Part shown: piece by piece, positions 17,929-27,566 of the stretch
Position numbering within the stretch: the first letter of the stretch is position 1
How the letters are laid out: every line of letters begins with the position of its first letter
From: Alkalispirochaeta sp.
GTDB taxonomy: Bacteria > Spirochaetota > Spirochaetia > DSM-27196 > Alkalispirochaetaceae
Length of the DNA stretch: 64,000 bases
Assembly: GCA_965601925.1 (NCBI GenBank)
Contig: OZ271854.1
Location: 3,424,001 to 3,488,000 of the forward strand
Direction: 5' to 3'
Notes under the pieces: model-generated
What the model saw: only the letters and a program-made list of their open reading frames with translations
Databases searched by the model: none
Told to the model about the DNA's origin: nothing
Made by a program: the position numbers and the translations under genes

Positions 17929-19419
17929 ATGGACAGCATTGGGGACGTACCGGAGGTACCGTTGGGCGAGCGCCTTGCGACGAAACGGATCGCTACGGGG
18001 CTGTGGCAAGTCGCCGGAGGGCACGGACCGATCGAGGTGAAGTCCGCCGTCGCGGCGATGGTCTCGCTCCACGACGCGGGATTCACCTCCTTCGATATGG
18101 CGGACCACTACGGTCCGGCGGAGGAGATCGCCGGTGCGTTTCGGGAGACGATGCGCGCCCGTGGTACGGCGTCGGGGCAGTTTTTCACCAAATGGGTACC
18201 GGAGCCCGGTTCGATCGACGCCGCGGCCGTCCGAAGGGCCGTCGAACGCTCGTGCACGAGGTTGGGCACCGATCGTATCGATCTTCTCCAGTTCCACTGG
18301 TGGGACTATCTGGAGCCCGGGTACATCTCCGCGATGGAGTCTCTCGCGGCGCTCAGGGAAGAAGGGCTCATCGGTGAACTCGGCCTCACGAATTTCGATA
18401 CCGCTCACGCCCGCATTCTCCTCTCGCTGGGACTCCCGATCGTCTCGAATCAGGTTCACTTCTCGCTCTTGGACGACCGCGCCGCGGGCAGCATGAGCGC
18501 GCTGTGCGCCGCGACGGGTATGAAACTTCTCTGTTACGGCACGGTGGCCGGCGGGTTCCTTTCCGAGCGCTGGTTGGGTAAAGCGGAACCCACGCACGCC
18601 GATTTGGCCGGTAATTGGAGTCTCATGAAGTACTACCGATTCATCCGCGTAATCGGGGGCTGGGAACTTTTCCAAGGGCTCTTGCGCGTACTGGATGGTA
18701 TCGCGCGTAAGCACCGCGTCGGTATCAGTAACGTGGCGACCAGGTGGGTCCTTGACCATTCCGCGGTCGCCGCCGTACTAATCGGCGCTCGGCTGGGAAA
18801 GTCGGAGCACATCGCCGACAATCTCCGCCTCTTCTCGTTCGCTCTCGACGCCGAAGATCGGGAGGCGATTCATGAAGTGCGCGCCCGGATCGCTCCGATT
18901 CCCGGAGACTGCGGCGACGAGTATCGCAAACCGCCCATTCTGACCGCCTCCGGAGACCTGTCGGACCACAAGACGCGTCGGTGGCGTATTCCCATCATCG
19001 AACGCGGGGACGCCGCAGACGATATCCGCGCGACCTACGGCTCCGGCACGACGTGGGAGGAGATGGCCTCCTATAGCCGCGCGGTGCGACACGGGCGGCG
19101 CATCGAGGTGAGCGGTACTACCGCGACGCTCTTTGACCGCGTCATCCCCCCGGGGGACGCCGCCGCGCAGGCTGAGGTGTGCATCGACAAGATCGAGGCC
19201 GCTTTGGAGGCTCTGGGCGGCAGGTTGGAGGATGTGGTGCGTACCCGCGTCTACGTACCCGCCGTGAAGGACGATTGGGAAGCCGTTGCACGGGTGCACG
19301 GCCGTCGGTTCGCCGGTATCAATCCGGTCAACACCCTCGTCGGCGCGCGATTGGTAGGGGACGAGTACCGCGTCGAGATCGAAGCGGAGGCGATCGTTCC
19401 CGATTCGGAATCGACGTGA
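17929..19419 (+). CDS. Aldo/keto reductase fused to a C-terminal Rid (YjgF) domain
   Basis: GLWQ, FDMADHYG, FTKW, DLLQFHWW, LGLTNF; C-terminal WEEMASYSRAVR..VSGTT..DVVRTRVY..VEIEAEA. Confidence 0.88.
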   Translation: MDSIGDVPEVPLGERLATKRIATGLWQVAGGHGPIEVKSAVAAMVSLHDAGFTSFDMADHYGPAEEIAGAFRETMRARGTASGQFFTKWVPEPGSIDAAAVRRAVERSCTRLGTDRIDLLQFHWWDYLEPGYISAMESLAALREEGLIGELGLTNFDTAHARILLSLGLPIVSNQVHFSLLDDRAAGSMSALCAATGMKLLCYGTVAGGFLSERWLGKAEPTHADLAGNWSLMKYYRFIRVIGGWELFQGLLRVLDGIARKHRVGISNVATRWVLDHSAVAAVLIGARLGKSEHIADNLRLFSFALDAEDREAIHEVRARIAPIPGDCGDEYRKPPILTASGDLSDHKTRRWRIPIIERGDAADDIRATYGSGTTWEEMASYSRAVRHGRRIEVSGTTATLFDRVIPPGDAAAQAEVCIDKIEAALEALGGRLEDVVRTRVYVPAVKDDWEAVARVHGRRFAGINPVNTLVGARLVGDEYRVEIEAEAIVPDSEST

Positions 19420-19444
19420 TTCGGAATCGAGGTAAGAGGAGCCC

Positions 19445-20116
19445 ATGAGTGATGAGCGCCGTCGCGTGCTGGAGACCTATATCCCCTTGGTACGGTTTCT
19501 CGCCCAGCAGCTGCCCGACACCGAGATCGTGCTCCACGACGTCTCGAGGCTTGAGAGCTCCATTATCGCCATCGAGAACTCGCACATCAGCGGACGCCGC
19601 GTAGGCGGGTCGGCGACCGATTCGGTGCTCCGTATCCTCAGGGACCAGAGCTATCGCGACAGCGACTTCACCTCGGCCTATACCGGCATCTCCGGGAACG
19701 GGAAGTTTCTTAACTCCGGTACCTTCTTCATAAAGCATGAGGGCGAGTTGATCGGCCTCATGTGCATGAACACCGACCTCACTCCGATGCACGCCCTGAA
19801 GAAAGCCGCCGAAGATCTCTTTGAATCGCGCTCACTCCCGCGCACGGCCGACGAGGTAACGACTCCACCGATCGAAGAGAAGCTCACGCAGTCGGTCAAC
19901 GACATACCGGTGGAAACGACGCTCCAGGTGATTCGTGAGATGGACATGCACCCCGAGCGAATGAGTCAGGACGAGCGTCGTCGTGTCGTCGCGGCGTTGG
20001 ATCGGCGCGGGGTATTCCTTCTCAAAGGGGCTATCGCAAGCGTCGCGCGTGCCTTGAAAGCGTCGGAGGCGACGATCTATCGCTACCTCCGGCAGGTTCG
20101 CGAAAACGGGGATTAG
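19445..20116 (+). CDS. YheO/DauR-like PAS-HTH regulator
   Basis: EIVLHD..SIIAIENSHISGRRVGG, GLMCMN, GVFLLKGA..VA..L..SEATIYRYL. Confidence 0.9.
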   Translation: MSDERRRVLETYIPLVRFLAQQLPDTEIVLHDVSRLESSIIAIENSHISGRRVGGSATDSVLRILRDQSYRDSDFTSAYTGISGNGKFLNSGTFFIKHEGELIGLMCMNTDLTPMHALKKAAEDLFESRSLPRTADEVTTPPIEEKLTQSVNDIPVETTLQVIREMDMHPERMSQDERRRVVAALDRRGVFLLKGAIASVARALKASEATIYRYLRQVRENGD

Positions 20117-20207
20117 CCGACCGTCACCGGTGTCCGAGGTGTGTTGACGGATAATTTGACAAATAATTATTATCGTAAAAAATATTTTTCCTAGCAGGAG
20201 GGGAAAG

Positions 20208-20594
20208 ATGAAGCACACGATCACCACCGATGCGGCCCCTTCGGCGATCGGCCCATACTCACAAGGCGTACGAGCGGGCCGATTCCTGTTTGTTTCCGGA
20301 CAACTGCCGATCGACCCGGCAACCGGGGAGTTTGTCGGTACCGATGTCGCGATACAGACGCGACAGTGTCTCAAAAATCTCGTGGCGATCGTACGTGCCG
20401 GCGGCGGATCGGAGAACTCGGTCGTGAAGACGACGGTTTTTTTGCAGAACATGGCCGACTTTTCGGTGATGAACGGGGAGTACGAGGCGGTATTCGTCGA
20501 CGACCCGCCGGCCCGTGCCGCCGTGGAGGTCTCGGCGCTTCCGAAGGGTGCCCTTGTGGAGATCGAGGCGGTCGCGTTGGTGGGGAACGACTGA
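20208..20594 (+). CDS. ridA: RidA family reactive-intermediate deaminase
   Basis: APSAIGPYSQG, SGQLP, VVKTTVFL, PPARAAVEV..LP...VEIEA. Confidence 0.92.
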   Translation: MKHTITTDAAPSAIGPYSQGVRAGRFLFVSGQLPIDPATGEFVGTDVAIQTRQCLKNLVAIVRAGGGSENSVVKTTVFLQNMADFSVMNGEYEAVFVDDPPARAAVEVSALPKGALVEIEAVALVGND

Positions 20595-20823
20595 TACGCG
20601 ACGGCGCATGCGACAGCTCGGTTTCCGATGCGGGGTCGATCGGGACCCGTCGCGGCGTGCGGGTGCGATTATCACCGCGCCGAGCACGGGGTGACGGAGT
20701 CCCGTTCGCCACCGTCGCCGACGAGTTTTTCGCTCTCGACCACAAGACGTACCGGGTCATCGTGCAAATCGGAAATCAAAACGGGCGCCCTACGGCGCCC
20801 GGGAACGTTCAAGAGGAGGCTTC

Positions 20824-22467
20824 ATGATGAAAAAAACGGCGCTGGCGCTGCTATCGTTGTGTGTCGCCGTACTGCCGATCTTTGCCGGTGGGCAAGGAGA
20901 GTCACAGGCGACCGAGTCGGTCATTACCGCGGCGTACGAGAGCGAGCCGGGTAATCTCAATACGATAATTTGGCCGACCACGGCGGATACCAACGTGACT
21001 CATCTGGTATACGATGCACTCGTCATCCCCGACGAGAATCTCGAAATGGTCGGACGGCTCGCCGAGGACTGGACGGTCTCCGACGACGGGACGGTCTATA
21101 CGTTTACCCTCCGTCGCGGAGTGGCGTGGCACGACGGAACGCCCTTTACCGCGGATGACGTCGCGTTCACGTTCACTGCGATGGCTCATCCGGACTACGA
21201 TATGGGGAGCACCGGTCGTGCACTCACGATCCGCGGTGCCGCGGAGTTTCGTGCGGGCGAGGCAAATAGCGTCGAGGGCATCGAGGTAATCGACGACCAT
21301 ACGATCCGCTTCACCCTCGTCGAGGCGTACGCTCCCTTCCTGTCGGATCTGTTCATCGGGATATTACCCGAACACGTGTGGAGCGAGGTCAATCCGACCG
21401 ACTGGGCGCAACATCCGGCCAATCGCGAGCCGGTGGGAACCGGTCCGTACCGCTTTGTGCAGTGGGAGGCGGGCCAGTACATCGAGCTCGAGGCCAACGA
21501 CGGCTACTTCGGCGGAGCGGCGGCGAACGATCGCTTATTCCTCCGATTCGGCGATCAGAATACGCTTCTGGCGAGTTTCGTCTCGGGGGCGATTGATATC
21601 GCGCCGGCACCGGCCGCGGAGATCGAGACGATCGAGTCGCTGGACTCCGCACGACTCGCCCTGGCCGATCAACTCACCTTCTTCTACATCGGATTCAATG
21701 TGCGAAACGAGCACTTTTCCAATCCGAATATCCGCATCGCCATGGCCCACGCCACGGACAAGGAGCAGATCGTCTCGACGATCCTCGGCGAGTTTGGGGA
21801 GGTGCAGCACGACATTTTCCCGCGAGGTCACTGGTCGCATAACCCGGAGACGCCTCAATTTCCCTACGATCCGGCGCGCTCCCGGCGTATGATCGAGGCC
21901 GAGGGCTACGTCGAAGGGCCCGACGGCTTTTATGTGCGCGACGGTGTCGAACTCGGCCTCACGTTGGAGGTTCCGACGGGCAAGCGGGAGCGCGAGCAGA
22001 CCGCCGTGCTTCTCAAACAGTACTGGGAAGAGGTCGGAATCAGGACCGAGCTCCGCTACCAAGATTTTCCGACTCTGGTGACGAAGCTCCTTCCGCGTAC
22101 TCAGGACGGTCGACAACGCGAGGTGACCGCCGAGGACTTCGACGCCTACATCCTCGGATTCGGCGTCGAGGCGGATCCCAATGAGTATCGCACCTATTTC
22201 CACTCTACGACGATGCCGCCCAACGGATACAATTTCTGCGGATACGTCGATCACGAGATCGATCGGCTCTTCGACGCTCAGTTGACCGCAACCGACTTCG
22301 ACGAGCGCCGAGAGCTCTTTTGGGAGATCTCGCGGCAACTGATCGAGGAGCAGGTGTGGCTACCGCTCTACTACCAGAAGCTCACCTTCGCCTATCACGA
22401 GCGCATCGGAGGGTTTACGCCCGACTATCGCGGTTTCACATTTAACGCGGCGGAGTGGACGAGGTAA
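20824..22467 (+). CDS. Peptide ABC transporter substrate-binding protein (family 5)
   Basis: Leader ..IFAGGQGE; LAEDWTVSDDGTVYTFTLRRGVAWHDGTPFTADDVAFT; GTGPY. Confidence 0.93.
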   Translation: MMKKTALALLSLCVAVLPIFAGGQGESQATESVITAAYESEPGNLNTIIWPTTADTNVTHLVYDALVIPDENLEMVGRLAEDWTVSDDGTVYTFTLRRGVAWHDGTPFTADDVAFTFTAMAHPDYDMGSTGRALTIRGAAEFRAGEANSVEGIEVIDDHTIRFTLVEAYAPFLSDLFIGILPEHVWSEVNPTDWAQHPANREPVGTGPYRFVQWEAGQYIELEANDGYFGGAAANDRLFLRFGDQNTLLASFVSGAIDIAPAPAAEIETIESLDSARLALADQLTFFYIGFNVRNEHFSNPNIRIAMAHATDKEQIVSTILGEFGEVQHDIFPRGHWSHNPETPQFPYDPARSRRMIEAEGYVEGPDGFYVRDGVELGLTLEVPTGKREREQTAVLLKQYWEEVGIRTELRYQDFPTLVTKLLPRTQDGRQREVTAEDFDAYILGFGVEADPNEYRTYFHSTTMPPNGYNFCGYVDHEIDRLFDAQLTATDFDERRELFWEISRQLIEEQVWLPLYYQKLTFAYHERIGGFTPDYRGFTFNAAEWTR

Positions 22468-22523
22468 TGGGACCCACCGGCGGGGTGCGACGCCTCTCGT
22501 ATCCCCGCCGCTGCGCGTAGCCT

Positions 22524-23879
22524 ATGAAGAACTTCGCGGTCGAACTGCTCCGGCGCCTGATACGCGTCGATACCTCCAACCCTCCGGGAAACGAATGGGC
22601 GGCGGTCGAGCTGTTGGAGGGCGTCGCACGCGATCTTGGATTCTCGGCACGTACCTTTTGCACCGCCGACGGCCGAGGCAACATCGCGATCTCCTTTAAC
22701 GGAAGTTATCGCTCGCCGCTCATTCTTTTGAGCCACCTCGACGTCGTACCGGCGCCGAGTGAGCAGTGGACCTATCCTCCTTTTGAGGCGCGTCTCGTCG
22801 ACGGCGCGATTTGGGGGCGCGGCGCGATCGATACGAAGCAGCTTACGGTGATGCACCTCGTCGCCATGGCGATGCTCCGCGAGGCGGGAGCACGATTCGA
22901 ACGGGACGTACTCCTCGTCGCCACCGCCGACGAGGAGGCGGGCAGTCGCTACGGTTTACGCTCAATGCTCGCCTCCGGCGAAGCGGCGTGGTTCGACGGC
23001 GCGGAGGTGTTGACCGAAGGGGGCGGGTTTCCGCTCTTGGTCGAGGGACGGCCGGTATACCTCGTGCAGACCGGTCAAAAGGGGCTGGCGCAACTGCGCT
23101 TCATCGTGCGCGACTCACAGAAGCGCACCCCATTTTTCGCTGGAGCCGGAGTGGCCGCAACGGCCGGTCGCGTGGTCGCGGCATTGTGCGAGCGGGAGTA
23201 CGGAACCGACGATGAGATTCCCGCAACGTCGGCCGAGCTTATCGACGCCCTCGCGCCGCTGTACGGTCTTACCGTGGATCGGGCCTTAAGCAGTCGAGAG
23301 CGCTACGAAGCGCTCCGCACCCGCCTACCCCCCTCGATGGAAACTTTCGTCGGTGCAATGACGAAGAGCACCGTCGTTCCCACGATCTGGAAGGGCGGCG
23401 ACGCGTCGAGCCGGGACGACGGTATGCATGAGATATTCGTCGACGCGCGCCTCCTACCTGCAGCCGATCGATCCGTTCTGGACGGCGTCATCGAGCATGT
23501 CCGCTCAAAGACCGGCGTCACCGGAGAGGTGCTCGGCTTTGAGCGGGGATTCGAGTCGCCCAGGGATCGCCTCCTCTTCGACGCCATGGCGCGGGCAATC
23601 GCGTCGCGGCTCCGCTCTCACCGCGACGGAGACGGCGCACCGTTGGTCGTCCCCTTCATCAGCTCCGGCGGCAGCGACGGTCGATTCTTGAGGGCGCGGA
23701 GCTCAATGATCTACGGCTTCTCGCCGGTTCTCCCCGACCTCCCCTTCGATCGTGCGGTGAGCATGGTCCATGGGGTAGACGAACGTATATCGGTGGCGAG
23801 CCTCTGGTTTGGGTGCGAAGTGGTGTACGACACTGTGCGTCGTTATCTGGGAACGGGGAGCGTAGACGACGATGAGTAG
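22524..23879 (+). CDS. M20 family metallopeptidase/amidohydrolase (copy 1)
   Basis: DTSNPPGNE, SHLDVV, GRGAIDTK, ADEE, TEGG, SDGR, MVHG. Confidence 0.9.
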   Translation: MKNFAVELLRRLIRVDTSNPPGNEWAAVELLEGVARDLGFSARTFCTADGRGNIAISFNGSYRSPLILLSHLDVVPAPSEQWTYPPFEARLVDGAIWGRGAIDTKQLTVMHLVAMAMLREAGARFERDVLLVATADEEAGSRYGLRSMLASGEAAWFDGAEVLTEGGGFPLLVEGRPVYLVQTGQKGLAQLRFIVRDSQKRTPFFAGAGVAATAGRVVAALCEREYGTDDEIPATSAELIDALAPLYGLTVDRALSSRERYEALRTRLPPSMETFVGAMTKSTVVPTIWKGGDASSRDDGMHEIFVDARLLPAADRSVLDGVIEHVRSKTGVTGEVLGFERGFESPRDRLLFDAMARAIASRLRSHRDGDGAPLVVPFISSGGSDGRFLRARSSMIYGFSPVLPDLPFDRAVSMVHGVDERISVASLWFGCEVVYDTVRRYLGTGSVDDDE

Positions 23880-25083
23880 TATGAGCGCCGAGGTCGCACG
23901 GGAGAAACTCGCTCAGGCGACACGCGCGTTGGGCGCGCACGGAATCGACACGTGGTTGATCCTCGGACGCGAGGGCGGCGACCCGGCGATATCGCTCCTG
24001 TTCGGCGCCCACGCAGTCCATACGGCGGCGATGTTCATCGACCCCGACGGGACGCATACCGTTATCGCCTCCCGGAGCGACGCCGCGCACTATGAAGAGT
24101 CGGGCCTCTTCGCTCGCGTGCTCCTCTACGATGAGGATCTCAGTCGGGTCTTTCGCGCCGAGTACCTGCGCCGTTCGCCCCGCACGATGGCGCTCAACAT
24201 CTGTGAGGACGATCACCTGTGCGACGGTCTCACCCGCGGACTTTACTTGCGCCTCGCGGATATGATCGGAACGGAGACGCTGACCGCCGTAGAGTGTTCA
24301 AGTCGGGCGGTTCTCTCCCGCGTGCGTTCGATCAAAACCCCCGCCGAAGTGGTGCGGATTCGACGCGCCGTCGATTGCACGTGCGATATCTTCGACGAGG
24401 TCGCCGGACGGATTACATGCGGGATGTCGGAGATCGAGATCGGCGATCTCTTTGTCGAGGGTATGGCCGCGCGCGGTGTCGCCAACGGCGTGAGCCGCGC
24501 CATGACCCCTCCACTGGTCTGTTTGGTTCGCGCCGGCCTCGCCCACCGCGAACCGCGGATGCATCGCAGCAGAGCCGGCGACATGATGGTCGTCGACTTC
24601 TCCGTCGAGGTTGACGGGTATGTCTCGGACATCGCGCGGACGTTTTATTTTCTCAAACCCGGCGAGAGCGCGCCGCCGCGAGACGTACAACACGCCTTCG
24701 ACACCGCGGTGGCCGCCGTCCACCGCACCGTCGAGACGATCCGTCCCGGCATGACCGGATACGAGGTCGATGCGGTGGGACGGCGCGTCGTAGAGGAGGC
24801 GGGCTATCCGACGATCCGCCACTCGGTAGGCCACCAAATTGGGCGCGAGGTTCACGACGGCGGCACGATTCTGGGCCTCCGGCGAACGCCGCCGCGTCCC
24901 GCCGTGGAGGGTGTCGTGGAGGCCGGAGAGGTCTATGCGATTGAGCCGACGGTGATCCAGGACGATGCGCTTCCGTCGTGTATCGTCGAGGAAAACGTTC
25001 TTATCGAGGACGATTCGGCGCGCCTCTTGAGCCGTCCCCAAAAGACGTTGTATCTGATTCCCCCGCCGGAGCGTCGTCCATGA
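23872..25083 (+). CDS. M24 (Xaa-Pro) family peptidase (copy 1)
   Basis: Metal ligands DFS, SDIART, GHQIG..HD, IEP, VEE. Confidence 0.9.
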   Translation: MSSMSAEVAREKLAQATRALGAHGIDTWLILGREGGDPAISLLFGAHAVHTAAMFIDPDGTHTVIASRSDAAHYEESGLFARVLLYDEDLSRVFRAEYLRRSPRTMALNICEDDHLCDGLTRGLYLRLADMIGTETLTAVECSSRAVLSRVRSIKTPAEVVRIRRAVDCTCDIFDEVAGRITCGMSEIEIGDLFVEGMAARGVANGVSRAMTPPLVCLVRAGLAHREPRMHRSRAGDMMVVDFSVEVDGYVSDIARTFYFLKPGESAPPRDVQHAFDTAVAAVHRTVETIRPGMTGYEVDAVGRRVVEEAGYPTIRHSVGHQIGREVHDGGTILGLRRTPPRPAVEGVVEAGEVYAIEPTVIQDDALPSCIVEENVLIEDDSARLLSRPQKTLYLIPPPERRP

Positions 25084-26366
25084 CATCTCCGGTCGAGCTT
25101 CTTACGCGACTCGTGCGCGCCGACACGTCGAATCCTCCCGGGAACGAGTACGCGGCGGCGGCGGTCCTCGCACCCCTTCTGCGGGAGGCGGGGTTGACCG
25201 TAGAGGAGCTTTCGACGGCTTCGGGGCGCGTGAGCGTCATCGCCACTCTTGAAGGGGGAAGCGAGCCGCCGTTAATCCTGCTCTCGCATCTCGATGTAGT
25301 CCCCGCGGCGCGCGAACGGTGGCGCTACGATCCCTTCGGCGCCGAGATGCACGACGGCTTCATCTATGGACGCGGGACTCTCGATGCCAAACAGTTGACG
25401 GCGATGGAGACAATTGCCCTCCTGCGCCTTGCCGCTACGGGTAGGCGTCCGCGACGACCGGTTACGCTTGTCGCCGCCGCGGACGAGGAGGCGGGGAGTC
25501 GATACGGTGTGGAGTGGTTGCGACGCGAGCGGCCGACGCTCTTCACCCAACCGGGGACCGTCGTTTTGAGCGAGGGCGGCGGGTTCCCGATTCGCTACGG
25601 AGATCGTTGCCTCTATCCGCTTATCTGCGGAGAGGGGGGCCGTGCCCTGGTTACCGTACGGATCGATGGGCCGGGAGGACACGCGTCGAACCCGCCGCCG
25701 GATCACGTGTTGACGAAGATCGCCCGCGTCGTGGAGCGACTATCGTGTACCGACCTCGGACCGTTCGCTCATCCCGTTGTCGAAGCCTTCGATCGCGTCG
25801 TGTCGGAGGTCGCCGAGAGCTCCGATGGCGGTGGCGGTGTCGACGACTCGCGAGCGCGGGATTTACTCTCCGCTCTAAGGCGCCACGCAGGATACGCCGC
25901 GGCGGCGGTCACCCGACTCGATGCGGGGGTACGCATTAACGTGATACCGACTCGCGGAACGCTCGAGATCGAGCTGCGCCTCCCACCGGGTGTTTCTCCG
26001 GAGGCGGTCATGGAGAGGATCGTGGCGGGGATGGAGGCCGATACCGTCGAGTGGTCGGTCGAGTCGGTCGAGTCGGGCTTTCTCGCCGCGCACGAGGACG
26101 TAGTTCCCTCAGTGATAGAACGCGCGCTCCGCGCTCGACGGCCGCACGCGCGACTGCTGCCGATCGTGGCGCCGGGCCGCACGGATGGGCGATTCTTCGA
26201 CGCCGATCGGTGCTCGGTATACGGATTCTCACCGCTTCTCGACGACGATGCATTTCCTGATGTGCTCGATATGGTTCACGGATCGAACGAGCGCGTGTCG
26301 GTGGCGTCTCTCGAATGGGGAACGGATGTGATGTACGAGATCGTAGAGCGTTATGCCGGAGGATGA
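25080..26366 (+). CDS. M20 family metallopeptidase/amidohydrolase (copy 2)
   Basis: MTSPVELL start overlapping the upstream stop (ATGA); SHLDVV, GRGTLDAK, ADEE, SEGG, GGHAS, MVHG. Confidence 0.9.
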   Translation: MTSPVELLTRLVRADTSNPPGNEYAAAAVLAPLLREAGLTVEELSTASGRVSVIATLEGGSEPPLILLSHLDVVPAARERWRYDPFGAEMHDGFIYGRGTLDAKQLTAMETIALLRLAATGRRPRRPVTLVAAADEEAGSRYGVEWLRRERPTLFTQPGTVVLSEGGGFPIRYGDRCLYPLICGEGGRALVTVRIDGPGGHASNPPPDHVLTKIARVVERLSCTDLGPFAHPVVEAFDRVVSEVAESSDGGGGVDDSRARDLLSALRRHAGYAAAAVTRLDAGVRINVIPTRGTLEIELRLPPGVSPEAVMERIVAGMEADTVEWSVESVESGFLAAHEDVVPSVIERALRARRPHARLLPIVAPGRTDGRFFDADRCSVYGFSPLLDDDAFPDVLDMVHGSNERVSVASLEWGTDVMYEIVERYAGG

Positions 26367-26367
26367 T

Positions 26368-27558
26368 ATGCCTGACGACGGGAAGAATATCGTGCGGGAC
26401 AAAATCGATCAGGCTCTCTCGTATATGCGCGATGAAAGCGTGGATCTGTGGATCATCTACGCGAGCGACCGCAGCGATCCGGTGTTGCCGCTGATACCGG
26501 GCGTCGCAACGGTGGGCCCCGGGGCCTTTCTCTTCGCCGCCGACGGCACTCGACACGCCGTATGCAGCGCCATCGACGCCCAGGATATCGAAGAGTCGGG
26601 GCTCTTCGACACCGTCTCGTCGTACGTCGCCACCGAGAGCATCGAGACGCCCTTGCGCGCCGCAGTTGCCTCCACGCCTCACCGACGCGTAGCGCTCAAC
26701 GTTTCGCAGGATTCGCCTCTATGCGACGGCCTCACCGAGGGGCGCTATCGGAGCCTCGTCGCAATGCTAGGCGGAGATGCGTTCGACGGCGAGTTCGTCT
26801 CCTCCGAGCGATTTCTCACGCGCGTGCGGAGCATCAAGTCGGAAGGGGAGATCGCTGCGATTCGCCGTGCGATCGAGGTCACGTGCGACATATATGATGA
26901 GGTGTTCGCCCGGCTGCATGTCGGGCTCACCGAGTATCAGATCGGTGCGTTCTTTGTGGAGGCGATGCGGCGACGCGGAGTAGTTAACGGCATAGACCGT
27001 AGTCTCAGTATGCCGATCGTCATGAAGGAGCGCTTTGCTCACCGGGCGCCGGGGGAGGCTATCGTCGAGGCGGGTGACCTCCTGATCATGGACTTCTCAG
27101 TCGAGGTGGACGAGTACGTTTCCGACATTGCGCGAACCGTCTATTTTCTGCGCCCCGGCGAGGGTGCGCCGCCGGAGGTGGTGCAGACGGCTTTCGACGC
27201 GGTTCACGGGGCGGTGACATCGGCGTTCCGGGCTATTCGGCCGGGTGTGCAAGGCTATGAGGTCGATCGCGCCGCCCGCAATTATCTTCTCGGACGGGGG
27301 TATCCGGAGATAACCCACGCCACGGGACACCAGGTCGGGAGGGCCGTGCACGACGGCGGGGTCCTCTTGGGACCTCAATGGGCGCGCTACGGTTCGGCGC
27401 CGAACGGCGTCATCGAGGAGGGGATGGTATTCACCATCGAGCCCACGATCATCGGTGAGGGTCGGCCCTCTTTCATCGTCGAGGATATCTGCGCCGTCCG
27501 CGAGGACGGTGCGGAGTTTCTCTCACGACGCCAAGATGAGCTCATACTCATCCGATAG
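26368..27558 (+). CDS. M24 (Xaa-Pro) family peptidase (copy 2)
   Basis: DFS, SDIART, GHQVG..HD, IEP, VED; SD GGAGG before ATG 26368 (alternative start 26353). Confidence 0.9.
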   Translation: MPDDGKNIVRDKIDQALSYMRDESVDLWIIYASDRSDPVLPLIPGVATVGPGAFLFAADGTRHAVCSAIDAQDIEESGLFDTVSSYVATESIETPLRAAVASTPHRRVALNVSQDSPLCDGLTEGRYRSLVAMLGGDAFDGEFVSSERFLTRVRSIKSEGEIAAIRRAIEVTCDIYDEVFARLHVGLTEYQIGAFFVEAMRRRGVVNGIDRSLSMPIVMKERFAHRAPGEAIVEAGDLLIMDFSVEVDEYVSDIARTVYFLRPGEGAPPEVVQTAFDAVHGAVTSAFRAIRPGVQGYEVDRAARNYLLGRGYPEITHATGHQVGRAVHDGGVLLGPQWARYGSAPNGVIEEGMVFTIEPTIIGEGRPSFIVEDICAVREDGAEFLSRRQDELILIR

Positions 27559-27566
27559 GAGCAGAC

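Noticed and set aside
17317..18759. Long antisense ORFs (also 53824-55161, 38600-39628, 42981-44039, 48556-49542)
   Set aside because: Shadows of well-supported genes on the opposite strand, expected at high GC, with no recognisable motifs.
20595..20823. Riboswitch in the ridA-SBP intergenic region
   Set aside because: Only a short hairpin (CGGGCGCC-ctac-GGCGCCCG) is evident; no recognisable aptamer motif.
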